From: Spirochaetia bacterium
GTDB taxonomy: Bacteria > Spirochaetota > Spirochaetia > SZUA-6 > Bin103
Direction of reading: 5' to 3'
NCBI GenBank assembly: GCA_965199955.1
Contig: CBDATQ010000002.1
Location: 32,001 to 96,000, forward strand
Length of the DNA stretch: 64,000 nucleotides
In this document: piece after piece, positions 27,714 to 36,508 of the stretch
How positions within the stretch are numbered: position 1 is the stretch's first letter
Layout of the letters: every line of letters starts with the position of its first letter
The notes under the pieces: model-generated
Seen by the model: only the letters and a program-made list of their open reading frames with translations
Told to the model about the DNA's origin: nothing
Database searches by the model: none
Position numbers and translations under genes: made by a program

Positions 27714-29220
27714 AGTCCGACTCCTCGCCCGGACCGCCGCCGGCGGTGTGCAGCGTCGCGGCCCCGATCGGCGCCGGGTAGCGCCAACTCCATCCGGGCT
27801 GTCCGAACGCCTCGTCGGTCGCCAGTGAGTACGGCGAGACCAGACGGTCGTGCATGGCCAGGTCGGCGCCGGCCATCACCTCGGCGGTGAGCAGGGCATC
27901 GAGCCGCAGGAGCTCGCGCGCCGCGGCGGGGTCTTCCGCGCGGTCGACCAGCTCGTCCGGGTCTTCGGCCAGGTTGAACAACAACGGCGCGTGCCCGTGG
28001 TACTTGCAGAGCTTCCAGGTGCCGTCGAACGCGACCCAGGCTCCGGCGAGCACGCCCAGTAACTCGGTTCGGCCGTCGCCGTCGGCTCCCAGGCCGGGCA
28101 GGGGGCGGGCGTCCATGTGCGCGGGCGGCTTGACGCCGGCGATCCGCAGCATGCCGGCCGTGACGTCGCGGAGCTCCACCAGCTCCGGACGATCGGTGCC
28201 GGGGACGATCCCCGGACCCTGCGCCACCAGCGGTATGCGCATCGAGCCTTCGAAGAAGTTGCCCTTGCCCTGCATGCCATGGTCGCCGAGCAGGTCGCCG
28301 TGATCGCTGGCGAAGATGACGACGGTGTCGTCGAGCTGGCCGCTGTCACGGAGCGCCGCGAACATCGCCCCGACCTCGTGGTCGATCCCCTTGACCAGCC
28401 CGGCGTAGTGGGAGCGCATGGTGGCGCTCTCTGCCGGACTGAGCGGGGCATCCGGCATGCCCATGCCGGCGCGCTGGCGCTCGTGCGCCTCCCGGAGCCC
28501 GCCGGGGTCGCCGGCGGCGGCGCGCACAGGCGGCGGCATGTCCGCATCGCGGTACCGCACCGGAAAGTCGCGCGCCGGATCATACGGATCGTGCGGGCCA
28601 GGAAAGCCGACCATCAGCGCCCAGGGGGCCTCCTCGCCTGCATTCCGCTCGATGAACCGGCATGCCTCCCGCCCCGTGAATCGGTCGCAGGAGTGCTCCC
28701 ACGGGATGTCCGTGGTCGTTGCCCCGCGCGTGCGAAGGTAGTCGCCGTACTCCGGCCAGCGCAGCTTTGCCAGGCCGTGGGCTTCCAGGTAGCGCGCGTA
28801 GTCGTCGCGGATCAGCGGCCAGAGCTTGTCCTCGCAGGCCACCCGCTCGCGGAAGCCGTGCGCGGCGTCCCACGGGTAGAAGTGCATCTTGCCGATCGCC
28901 GCCGTGTGGTAGCCGGCCGCGGCCAGCAGCTCCGGCCAAGTGCGGATGCCGGCCTCGCCGTAGTCGGGCCGGAGCGCGTGCAGGTTGTCGGCCACGCCGG
29001 TGCGCGCGGCGCCCATGCCGGTCAGCAGCGCGGTGCGCGCCGGCACGCACAGCGGGGAAGCCGAGTACGCCCGCTCGTAGCGGATGCCGGCCGCGGCGAT
29101 TCCGTCGATGTGCGGCGTGTCGATGAACCCGGCGCCGTAGCAGCTCAGGAAGTCCGCACGGAGCTGATCGGCCAGGATGAACAGGATGTTGGGCCGGCGA
29201 GCGGAGGAGGTGCGGGCCAT
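27700..29220 (-). CDS. Sulfatase (formylglycine-dependent, Cys type)
   Basis: RPNILFILADQLR, CVPAR (CxPxR), GKMH, PHDP, SDHGD, KGNFFEGSMRIPL; no signal peptide. Confidence 0.94.
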   Translation of the reverse strand: MARTSSARRPNILFILADQLRADFLSCYGAGFIDTPHIDGIAAAGIRYERAYSASPLCVPARTALLTGMGAARTGVADNLHALRPDYGEAGIRTWPELLAAAGYHTAAIGKMHFYPWDAAHGFRERVACEDKLWPLIRDDYARYLEAHGLAKLRWPEYGDYLRTRGATTTDIPWEHSCDRFTGREACRFIERNAGEEAPWALMVGFPGPHDPYDPARDFPVRYRDADMPPPVRAAAGDPGGLREAHERQRAGMGMPDAPLSPAESATMRSHYAGLVKGIDHEVGAMFAALRDSGQLDDTVVIFASDHGDLLGDHGMQGKGNFFEGSMRIPLVAQGPGIVPGTDRPELVELRDVTAGMLRIAGVKPPAHMDARPLPGLGADGDGRTELLGVLAGAWVAFDGTWKLCKYHGHAPLLFNLAEDPDELVDRAEDPAAARELLRLDALLTAEVMAGADLAMHDRLVSPYSLATDEAFGQPGWSWRYPAPIGAATLHTAGGGPGEESDYDNR

Positions 29221-29243
29221 CGACGAACGGTATCATGGAGCCA

Positions 29244-29300
29244 ATGAAGACAACACCCTACAGGGCATTCTTGGAGGAGCAGCTCCGAGATCCACAAAGG
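29244..29300 (+). pseudogene. Possible N-terminal remnant of an addiction-module antidote (HTH antitoxin)
   Basis: MKTTPYRAFLEEQLRDPQ resembles the ..YxxxLxExLxDPE N-terminus of such antitoxins; preceded by TATCAT; AT-richer than its flanks; no HTH follows. Confidence 0.35.
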
Positions 29301-29324
29301 CTGAGATCGTCCCGCCGCGGAACG

Positions 29325-30410
29325 TTACGAAGTGACCCTGTCGTTTCCGCGGAGGCCGAATGCGCCGGCGACCAGTTCGTAGGAGCGGGCCCGGTCCTCG
29401 AAGGCGAAGCAGTTGGTGACGATGCCGATGTCGACCGTGCCGTAGCGGGCTGACGCGTCGAGGATGCCCTCGCGGACCTGGCCGGGGTCGCCGTCGATGT
29501 AGTGGGCGGAGAGCTGTGAGAGCGCCGCGCGCTCGGTCTCGCGCAGTGGGAGCTCGGCGGCCTCGTCGGGCGGCAGCAGGCCGGTGTGCAGGTCGCCGCC
29601 CGCGGATGCCGGCTCGGCGGGGCGCTCCAGGTGGAGCTGGCGGAGTTTGTTGAGGTTCCTGCTGGACGCCAGGTAGCGCGCCTCCTCCTCGGTCGGAGCG
29701 CACATCACCTGCACGGTGACGTTGAGCCGCGGCGCGTCCAGGTACGCCGACGGCTGGAACTCCCGGCGGTACAGGTCCGCGACCAGCGGTCCGTGCTCGA
29801 GGTTGCCAAAGAAGTCCGCGAACGCGAACGGCAGGCCCAGCATGGCGGCGAGCCTGGCGCTATAGTCGCTGGAGCCGAGCAGCCAGACCTCCGGGCCGGT
29901 GGCCGGCTGCGGCCCGGCCAGTGCGCTGATCCCGGCGAACGGGTGCTCGGCGGCCATCTCTCCGGACAGGAAGGCCAGCAGGTCGTGGACCTGGCGGGGA
30001 AAGGTGCGCACGTCCGCGGGCTGGCGCGGATGGGCCAGGGCGAAGGCGGTGCGCTGGTCGCTGCCGGGCGCGCGGCCGACGCCCAGGTCGATGCGGCCGG
30101 GGTGGAAGGCGTCCAGGGCGCGGAACTGCTCGGCCACCTTGAGTGCCGAGTAGTGGGACAGCATCACCCCGCCGGAGCCGACGCGGATGGTCGAGGTGCC
30201 GGCCGCGATCTGGCCGATCAGGATCTCCGGACTGGCGCCCGTCCACGAGGTGGAGGCGTGGTGCTCGGCCACCCAGTAGCGGGCGTAGCCGAGCCGCTCG
30301 CAGTGCTGCGCCAGGCGCACCGACTCACTGAGGGCGTCGGCGCCGGTGCCGCCCTTGCGGAGCGGCGACTGGTCCACGACGCTGAGCTTCGGCTCCTTGG
30401 ATCGATCCAC
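29325..30410 (-). CDS. Luciferase-like (LLM class) flavin-dependent oxidoreductase
   Basis: LSVVDQSP, RYWVAEHH, IRVGSGGVMLSHYSALKVAEQF, GRIDLGVGRAPGSD, VWLLGSS. Start approximate. Confidence 0.93.
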   Translation of the reverse strand: MDRSKEPKLSVVDQSPLRKGGTGADALSESVRLAQHCERLGYARYWVAEHHASTSWTGASPEILIGQIAAGTSTIRVGSGGVMLSHYSALKVAEQFRALDAFHPGRIDLGVGRAPGSDQRTAFALAHPRQPADVRTFPRQVHDLLAFLSGEMAAEHPFAGISALAGPQPATGPEVWLLGSSDYSARLAAMLGLPFAFADFFGNLEHGPLVADLYRREFQPSAYLDAPRLNVTVQVMCAPTEEEARYLASSRNLNKLRQLHLERPAEPASAGGDLHTGLLPPDEAAELPLRETERAALSQLSAHYIDGDPGQVREGILDASARYGTVDIGIVTNCFAFEDRARSYELVAGAFGLRGNDRVTS

Positions 30411-30444
30411 GACGTTAGGCCGCAGCGTAGTATGCTCGGCGCGT

Positions 30445-31497
30445 ATGGCCCAACTCGTCACCGTCAGCCCGTGCAGCGAGGCGAGGCCGCGCAGCGACAG
30501 CTCCTCGCTGGTGGAGCTTGCCGACGGCCGCCTGCTGATCGTCTACCATGGCTACCGCGCCGGTCCGGAGGGAGGCGACGACTTCGGCGACGCCGCGATC
30601 TTCATCCGCGAGTCGACCGACGGCGGCGCGACCTGGAGCGACGAGCGCCTGCTGCTCGACGTCGACCCCGGCGACGTGAACGTCATGAACCCGTCGCTGG
30701 CGCTGCTCGGCGACGAGCTGCTGCTGGCGGTCACGCGCAACCACACCCGCACCGACTCCTCGCTGGAGCTGCGCCGCTCGGCGGACGGAGGGCGGACCCT
30801 CGGCGCGCCCAGCTTCATCTGGCAGCGCTGCGGCGAGCACCGCTTCACCATGTACGACTGCTTCCGCCGTCTGCAGGACGGCCGCCTGCTGGTCATGATG
30901 CAGAGCTCGGCGCTGATCTGGGAGCCGGGCGAGAAGCAGTGGGTGGACAGCTACGTCAGCGAGGACGACGGCCATACCTGGACCCTGCAGGGCGGCCGCA
31001 TCGACCTGCCCATGCGCGGCGCGATGGAGCCGGCGGTGGCGCAGATGCAGGATGGCGAGCTGGTCTGCTCGCTGCGCACCCAGCTCGGCCGCGTGTTCAT
31101 TACCCGCTCCCGGGACTGCGGCCGGACCTGGGATCTGCCGCAGCCGAGTGGCCCCATCAGCCCGGAGTCGTGCACGTGCCTGACGCTCCTGCCCGGCACC
31201 GAGCGGCTCGTGCTGTTCTGGAACGGCGGGACGTACGTCCACGACCACCATCACTTCGGCGAGCGCACGCCGCTGTCGGTCGCCGTCTCCGACGACCGCG
31301 GGCGCACGTTCCGGCACGTGACCGACATCGAGTCGCACCCGGCCGGCGAGTACACCAACCTGACGTGCCGCTTCCTGTCCGACGGGCGCGCCGCGCTCGC
31401 CTACCTGGCCGGCATCGGCGACGGGCCTGGGGCGTTCAACCGCACCTGCCTGTCCCTCAAGCTGGCCCTTCTGCCGCGCTCGCTGTTCACCGGCTGA
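30445..31497 (+). CDS. Sialidase-family / BNR Asp-box beta-propeller protein
   Basis: Five Asp boxes (STDGGATW, SADGGRTL, SEDDGHTW, SRDCGRTW, SDDRGRTF), EPAV, RTPL; no signal peptide. Confidence 0.85.
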   Translation: MAQLVTVSPCSEARPRSDSSSLVELADGRLLIVYHGYRAGPEGGDDFGDAAIFIRESTDGGATWSDERLLLDVDPGDVNVMNPSLALLGDELLLAVTRNHTRTDSSLELRRSADGGRTLGAPSFIWQRCGEHRFTMYDCFRRLQDGRLLVMMQSSALIWEPGEKQWVDSYVSEDDGHTWTLQGGRIDLPMRGAMEPAVAQMQDGELVCSLRTQLGRVFITRSRDCGRTWDLPQPSGPISPESCTCLTLLPGTERLVLFWNGGTYVHDHHHFGERTPLSVAVSDDRGRTFRHVTDIESHPAGEYTNLTCRFLSDGRAALAYLAGIGDGPGAFNRTCLSLKLALLPRSLFTG

Positions 31498-31521
31498 GCG
31501 CGTTCGCAACCCGGCCGACCA

Positions 31522-31550
31522 TTGGCAGTCACCGGTCCATGCGGTAGCGT
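31522..31550 (+). promoter_or_regulatory. Putative sigma70 promoter TTGGCA-N17-TAGCGT
   Basis: 17-nt spacing; upstream of the sugar ABC operon. Confidence 0.5.
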
Positions 31551-31626
31551 ATCGAATGGCTGAAAGACGGGGGCCCGACAGGCCCTCCGTGACGCCGCAG
31601 ACCGATCCGTTCACAAGGAGAAAGGT

Positions 31627-32940
31627 ATGAAACGCACCCGTACGTTCCTGCTGCTGATGGCCGCCGTGGTCCTCGGCGCGCCGCTGGCGCTGGCGCAGAA
31701 CGTGGAGCTGTCCATCCTGCAATGGAGCCACTTCGTCCCGCGCTACGACGAGTGGTTCGACGCCTACGCGGAGGACTGGGGCAAGGCGAACGGCGCCGAC
31801 GTGAGCGTCGACCACGTCAATGTCGGGGAGCTGCCCGCGGCCCTCACAGCGGCCATCGAAGCCGGGGAGGGTCACACCCTCATCGAGATGGCGTTCCCGC
31901 CGACCGCCTTCATCGAGGGCCTGCACCCGTTGAACGACATCAACGAAGCGGCCGCGGCCGCCCACGGCGAGCGCACCGCCAACTGCGAGGCGACCAGCTA
32001 CCTGCCGGTCACCTATACCTACTTCGGCTTCACGCACGGCTACATCCCGGACCCGGGCGACTACCAGATCAGCCTGTGGGCCGACGTCGGCCTGCCGAAC
32101 GGCCCGTCCACCTGGGACGATCTGTACGAAGGCGGCGTCGCCATCATGCAGAAGCACGGCGTCCCGGTCGGCATCGGCCTGAGCCCGGAGCTGGACAGCC
32201 GCATGGCCACCCGTGCCGTCATCTGGTCACACGGCGGCAGCGTGCAGGACGAGAACGACAACGTGGTTCTGAACTCCCCGGAGACCGTCGCCGCGGTCGA
32301 GTACTACGCGAAGCTGCAGAACGACGCGATGACCGAAGAGGTGTTCGGCTGGACCCCCTCCTCGAACAACCAGGGGCTGATCGCCGGCGAGCTGAGCTAC
32401 ATCCTCAACTCGATCTCGGCCTACCGCTCGCTGCAGAAGATCGACGAGGAGGCGGCGGCGGACATCGGCTTCGTGCCGGCCCTGGAGGGCCCGGCCGGCG
32501 CCTTCGCATCCAGCCACGTGTGGCAGATCTACGTGATTCCCACCTACGTGGAGGGCGCGGAGCTCGAAGCGGCCAAGAAGTTCATCCTGGACCACACCGC
32601 CGTCTACAACGACGCCGTCTACCACTCGGAGCTGTACAACTTCCCGTGCTATCCCAGCACGGTGCCGGAGCTCGCGGGCTGGCTGGAGGACGACCCGTTC
32701 GACTCGCAGCCCGCGGACAAGCTCAAGGTGCTTGCGACCGTGAACGACTGGTCGGTGTACATCGGCTACCCGGGCGTCGCCAATCCGGCCGTGATGCAGG
32801 CCTTCGGCGAGAACCTGGTCGTCAACATGGTCGCCAGGGTCGCCAAGGGCGAGCAGACCGCCGAGGAGTCGGTGGCGGAGGCGCACGCGCGCGCGGAGGA
32901 GATCTTCGCCGACTGGCGCGCCCGCGGCTATCTGCGCTGA
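31627..32940 (+). CDS. Carbohydrate ABC transporter substrate-binding protein
   Basis: AAGGAG RBS; signal peptide; ILQWSHFVPRYDEWFD, PSTWDDL, SYILNSISAYRS. Confidence 0.9.
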   Translation: MKRTRTFLLLMAAVVLGAPLALAQNVELSILQWSHFVPRYDEWFDAYAEDWGKANGADVSVDHVNVGELPAALTAAIEAGEGHTLIEMAFPPTAFIEGLHPLNDINEAAAAAHGERTANCEATSYLPVTYTYFGFTHGYIPDPGDYQISLWADVGLPNGPSTWDDLYEGGVAIMQKHGVPVGIGLSPELDSRMATRAVIWSHGGSVQDENDNVVLNSPETVAAVEYYAKLQNDAMTEEVFGWTPSSNNQGLIAGELSYILNSISAYRSLQKIDEEAAADIGFVPALEGPAGAFASSHVWQIYVIPTYVEGAELEAAKKFILDHTAVYNDAVYHSELYNFPCYPSTVPELAGWLEDDPFDSQPADKLKVLATVNDWSVYIGYPGVANPAVMQAFGENLVVNMVARVAKGEQTAEESVAEAHARAEEIFADWRARGYLR

Positions 32941-33076
32941 GGCCCTCGGCCGGCACGTGGCGCGCGGGCGCCGCACACGGAGCGAAGGGCTGGGCGACGC
33001 TGGCCGCGGCCCTTCGCGCCATACCTTGCTGCGGGACGCGTTCGCGGACGACCGTTCGGTACGCTGAGAAGCGAGC

Positions 33077-34108
33077 ATGAGCGCGGTGCGCCTGTCCGGG
33101 ATCGTCAAGCGCTTCGGCGACGTCACCGCCGTCGCCGGGGTGGACCTGGAGATCGAGTCCGGCGAGTTCCTGGTCGTGCTCGGGCCGTCGGGATGCGGCA
33201 AGACGACCCTGATGCGCACCGTGGCCGGGCTGGAGAAGCCCAACGCCGGGCGCGTGTACATCGGCGCGCGCGACGTCACGGCGCTGCCGCCGCGCAAGCG
33301 CGGCATCGCCATGGTCTTCCAGTCCTACGCGCTCTACCCGCACATGACCGTGGCGAACAACATCGCCTTCCCGCTGAAGGCGCAGGGACGCACCAGGAGC
33401 AGGGCCGAGCGCTCCGAGCGCGTCCTGCAGGCGGCGCGCAAGGTCAGCATCGACCACCTGCTCGACCGCCGGCCGCGCCAGCTCTCCGGCGGCGAGCGGC
33501 AGCGGGTCGCGATCGCCCGCGCGATCGTCACCGAGCCGGACGTGCTGCTGCTCGATGAACCGCTCAGCAACCTGGACGCCAAGCTGCGTGCCTACGCTCG
33601 CGACGAGTTGAAGTTCTTTCAGCGCGAGTTGGGGATCACGACCATCTTCGTCACCCACGACCAGATCGAGGCGATGGGGCTCGGCGACCGGATCGTCGTG
33701 ATGGAGCAGGGGCTGGTGCAGCAGGTCGGCCCGCCGCAGGCGATCTACGACCGGCCGGCCAACACCTTCGTCGCCACCTTCCTGGGTTCGCCGGGGATGA
33801 ACCTGCTGCTGGTGGCGGAGGACGAGCTGCTCGGCTTCCGCCCCGAGCACCTGCATCCGGCCGCGGCAGGAGACCGGCACGAGTTCGAGTTCCGCATCAC
33901 GCGCATCGAGTACCTGGGGGCCGATCGCCTGCTCTACGGGCAGATCGACGACTTCCGCGGCGAGCCGCACCTGACGCTGGCGCGCCTGCCGAGCAACGTG
34001 ACAATGCCGCTGCAGGTGGGAGAGTCGTACTCCTTCGCCATCACCGATTCGCACCGCTTCGACCGTGGTAGCGGCGAGCGGCGGGACGGCGCGGGAGCGT
34101 ATCGGTGA
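33077..34108 (+). CDS. Carbohydrate ABC transporter ATP-binding protein (MalK/UgpC-like)
   Basis: [43 protein letters not shown]. Confidence 0.95.
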   Translation: MSAVRLSGIVKRFGDVTAVAGVDLEIESGEFLVVLGPSGCGKTTLMRTVAGLEKPNAGRVYIGARDVTALPPRKRGIAMVFQSYALYPHMTVANNIAFPLKAQGRTRSRAERSERVLQAARKVSIDHLLDRRPRQLSGGERQRVAIARAIVTEPDVLLLDEPLSNLDAKLRAYARDELKFFQRELGITTIFVTHDQIEAMGLGDRIVVMEQGLVQQVGPPQAIYDRPANTFVATFLGSPGMNLLLVAEDELLGFRPEHLHPAAAGDRHEFEFRITRIEYLGADRLLYGQIDDFRGEPHLTLARLPSNVTMPLQVGESYSFAITDSHRFDRGSGERRDGAGAYR

Positions 34109-35055
34109 CCGACGCCGGCGACGAGCGCGGCAGCGTGCTGGACAGCCGCCGCCTCATGGGCTTTTCCTTCCTGGCGCCGGCTGTGCTCTACATCGTCCTG
34201 CTGATCGGCGTGCCGTTCTTCACGGCGTTCGCATTCAGCCTCAGCGACGCCACGGTAGGCAACACCGACTTCCGCTACGCCGGCCTGCGCAACTTCCGGA
34301 TCGTCCTGAACGCGCCCGACTTCCACGCCTCGTTGCGCAACACCTTCGTCTTTACCCTCGTCGCCCAGGTGTTCGTGCTGATCCTGGCCAACATCCTGGC
34401 GCTGATCCTCACCGCGCCGCTGCCGGACAGCCGCCTGGTGCGGGGCGGGATGTGGACGGCGCGGTTGCTCTTGATCATGCCGTGGGCCACGCCGCTGTCG
34501 CTCTCCGTGATCGGCTGGCTGTGGATGTTCGACTCCAAGTTCAGCCCGATCGACCACGTGCTGGAGCAGCTCGGCCTGCTCGGGCCGGGCACGGTCTGGG
34601 GTCCCACCCGCAACCTGACCTGGCTGGGCAAGACGTACCTGGCCAAGGCTTCGGTGATCTTCGTGCACGTCTGGCGCATGACGCCGCTGGCGACGGTGAT
34701 CCTGATGGCCGGCCTGTCCAGCATCCCGACCGACGTCGTGGACCAGGCCAAGGCGGACGGCGCCCGCTACTTCCGCTCGCTGTTCCAGGTGAAGCTGCCG
34801 CTGATCCTGCCGATCATGCTCAACTCGCTCCTGTTCGCCTTCATCTTCACCTTCGGCGACCTGACCGTCGTGTACGTGCTGACCCGCGGTGCGCCGATCA
34901 ACCACACGCTGACGCTGCCCATGTACAGCTTCGCGGTCGGCATCGAGGGCGGCAACCTGTCGCAGGGCGCGGCGATCGCGCTGTTCATCTTCCCCGTGCT
35001 GCTGGCGGTGGCGATCGTGCTGCTGCGCACGGCCAGCCGCGCGCAGGTTCGCTAA
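34105..35055 (+). CDS. Carbohydrate ABC permease
   Basis: FLAPAVLY, GLRNF, MAGLSSIP..QAKADGA EAA loop; GTGA overlap. Confidence 0.93.
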   Translation: MTDAGDERGSVLDSRRLMGFSFLAPAVLYIVLLIGVPFFTAFAFSLSDATVGNTDFRYAGLRNFRIVLNAPDFHASLRNTFVFTLVAQVFVLILANILALILTAPLPDSRLVRGGMWTARLLLIMPWATPLSLSVIGWLWMFDSKFSPIDHVLEQLGLLGPGTVWGPTRNLTWLGKTYLAKASVIFVHVWRMTPLATVILMAGLSSIPTDVVDQAKADGARYFRSLFQVKLPLILPIMLNSLLFAFIFTFGDLTVVYVLTRGAPINHTLTLPMYSFAVGIEGGNLSQGAAIALFIFPVLLAVAIVLLRTASRAQVR

Positions 35056-35068
35056 AGGCCGCATCCGG

Positions 35069-35962
35069 ATGGTCGATCTGACGATACCGCCCGAGCTGAT
35101 GGCGAGCCCGCCCGCGCGGGTCAGCCCCCGGCGCGTGATCAAGGGCACCCTCTACACGGTGTCCGTGCTCTGCTTCTGCCTCCTGGCCGCGGCGCCCTTC
35201 CTGGTGATGGGCATCACCACCTTCCAGACCGACGGCGACCTCTACACCCGTGACGCCAGTCCGTTCGACTACGCCGAGGCGCCCACCCTGAAGCACCTGG
35301 ACAGGCTGTTCAACGACACCAACTACCTGGTGTTCGTCCGCAACTCCGCCGTGGTGGGCGCGGCGGTGGTGGTGATCACGCTCATCCTGGCGCTGCCGGC
35401 GGCCTATTCGCTGGCCCGCCTGACCGGGCGCTGGGGAGAGCGCGCCGGCATCCTGATGTTCATCGTCTACCTGGTCCCGCCGACGCTGCTGTTCATACCG
35501 CTGTTCCGGATCATCGTGTCGCTGGGCCTGAGCAACTCGCTGTTCTCCCTGATCGTGGTCTACCCGACGATCACGGTGCCGTTCAGCGCCTGGCTGCTGA
35601 TGGGCTTCTTCAAGTCTATCCCGGAGGAGACGGAGGAGGCGGCGCTGGTCGACGGCTACCACCCCTACGGGGCGTTCCTGCGCGTGGCGCTGCCGCTGGC
35701 GCGGCCGGGCATCATCTCCGTGATCGTGTTCAGCTTCACCCTGACGCTGCACGAGTTCATCTACGCACTGGTGTTCATCACCCGCTCGGAGTGGCGGACG
35801 CTGAGCGTCGGCGTCCCCTCGGAGCTGATCCTGGGCGACGTCTTCTTCTGGCAGCCGCTGCTGGCCTCGGCCCTGATCATCGCCATCCCGGTCGCCCTGG
35901 TGTACAACGTGTTCCTGGACCGGCTGATCCAGGGTTTCACCGTGGGCGCGGTCAAGGGATAG
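35069..35962 (+). CDS. Carbohydrate ABC permease
   Basis: FFKSIPEETEEAALVDG, PLARPG, GFTVGAVKG. Confidence 0.94.
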   Translation: MVDLTIPPELMASPPARVSPRRVIKGTLYTVSVLCFCLLAAAPFLVMGITTFQTDGDLYTRDASPFDYAEAPTLKHLDRLFNDTNYLVFVRNSAVVGAAVVVITLILALPAAYSLARLTGRWGERAGILMFIVYLVPPTLLFIPLFRIIVSLGLSNSLFSLIVVYPTITVPFSAWLLMGFFKSIPEETEEAALVDGYHPYGAFLRVALPLARPGIISVIVFSFTLTLHEFIYALVFITRSEWRTLSVGVPSELILGDVFFWQPLLASALIIAIPVALVYNVFLDRLIQGFTVGAVKG

Positions 35963-36012
35963 CTTGTGCTCGATACGAGGTCAGAGTGGATGACCGTCCG
36001 ATCTCCCAAGAA

Positions 36013-36462
36013 ATGAACAGGGCCAAGAGCTCAGCGAAGGTCGCCAAGCCGGACGGCGCGAAGCCGGTCCTGCTGTCGGGCGGCAATCCCCAGATCGCCA
36101 AGGCCGACGGCGACGCCCCGGTGCAGGCCTACATCGCGGCCATGCCCGGCTGGAAGAGCGACCTCGGGCGCTGCCTCGACGACCTCATCGTTCGCAGCGT
36201 ACCCGACGTGCGCAAGGCCGTGAGGTGGAACTCGCCCTTCTACGGCATCGAGGGGCAGGGGTGGTTCGTCAGCTACCACGTCTTCACCCGTTACGTGAAG
36301 GTGACCTTCCTGAATGGCGCGTCGCTGAAGCCGGTCCCGCCCGGCTCGGGCAAGGATCCGGACGCGCGCTGGATCGACATCCACGAGGGTGAGCTCGACG
36401 AGGAGCAGATGGCGGCGTGGTTCCGGCAGTCAGCCGCCCTTCCTGGCTGGCCCGGGTTCTGA
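36013..36462 (+). CDS. DUF1801 domain protein
   Basis: LLSGGNPQIAKADGDAPVQAYIAAMPGWK, KAVRWNSPFYG, YVKVTF. Start approximate. Confidence 0.85.
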   Translation: MNRAKSSAKVAKPDGAKPVLLSGGNPQIAKADGDAPVQAYIAAMPGWKSDLGRCLDDLIVRSVPDVRKAVRWNSPFYGIEGQGWFVSYHVFTRYVKVTFLNGASLKPVPPGSGKDPDARWIDIHEGELDEEQMAAWFRQSAALPGWPGF

Positions 36463-36508
36463 AGTCCTCGGTTGCGCCCGAATGACGAGCTGATCTGAGA
36501 GCGAAGGT

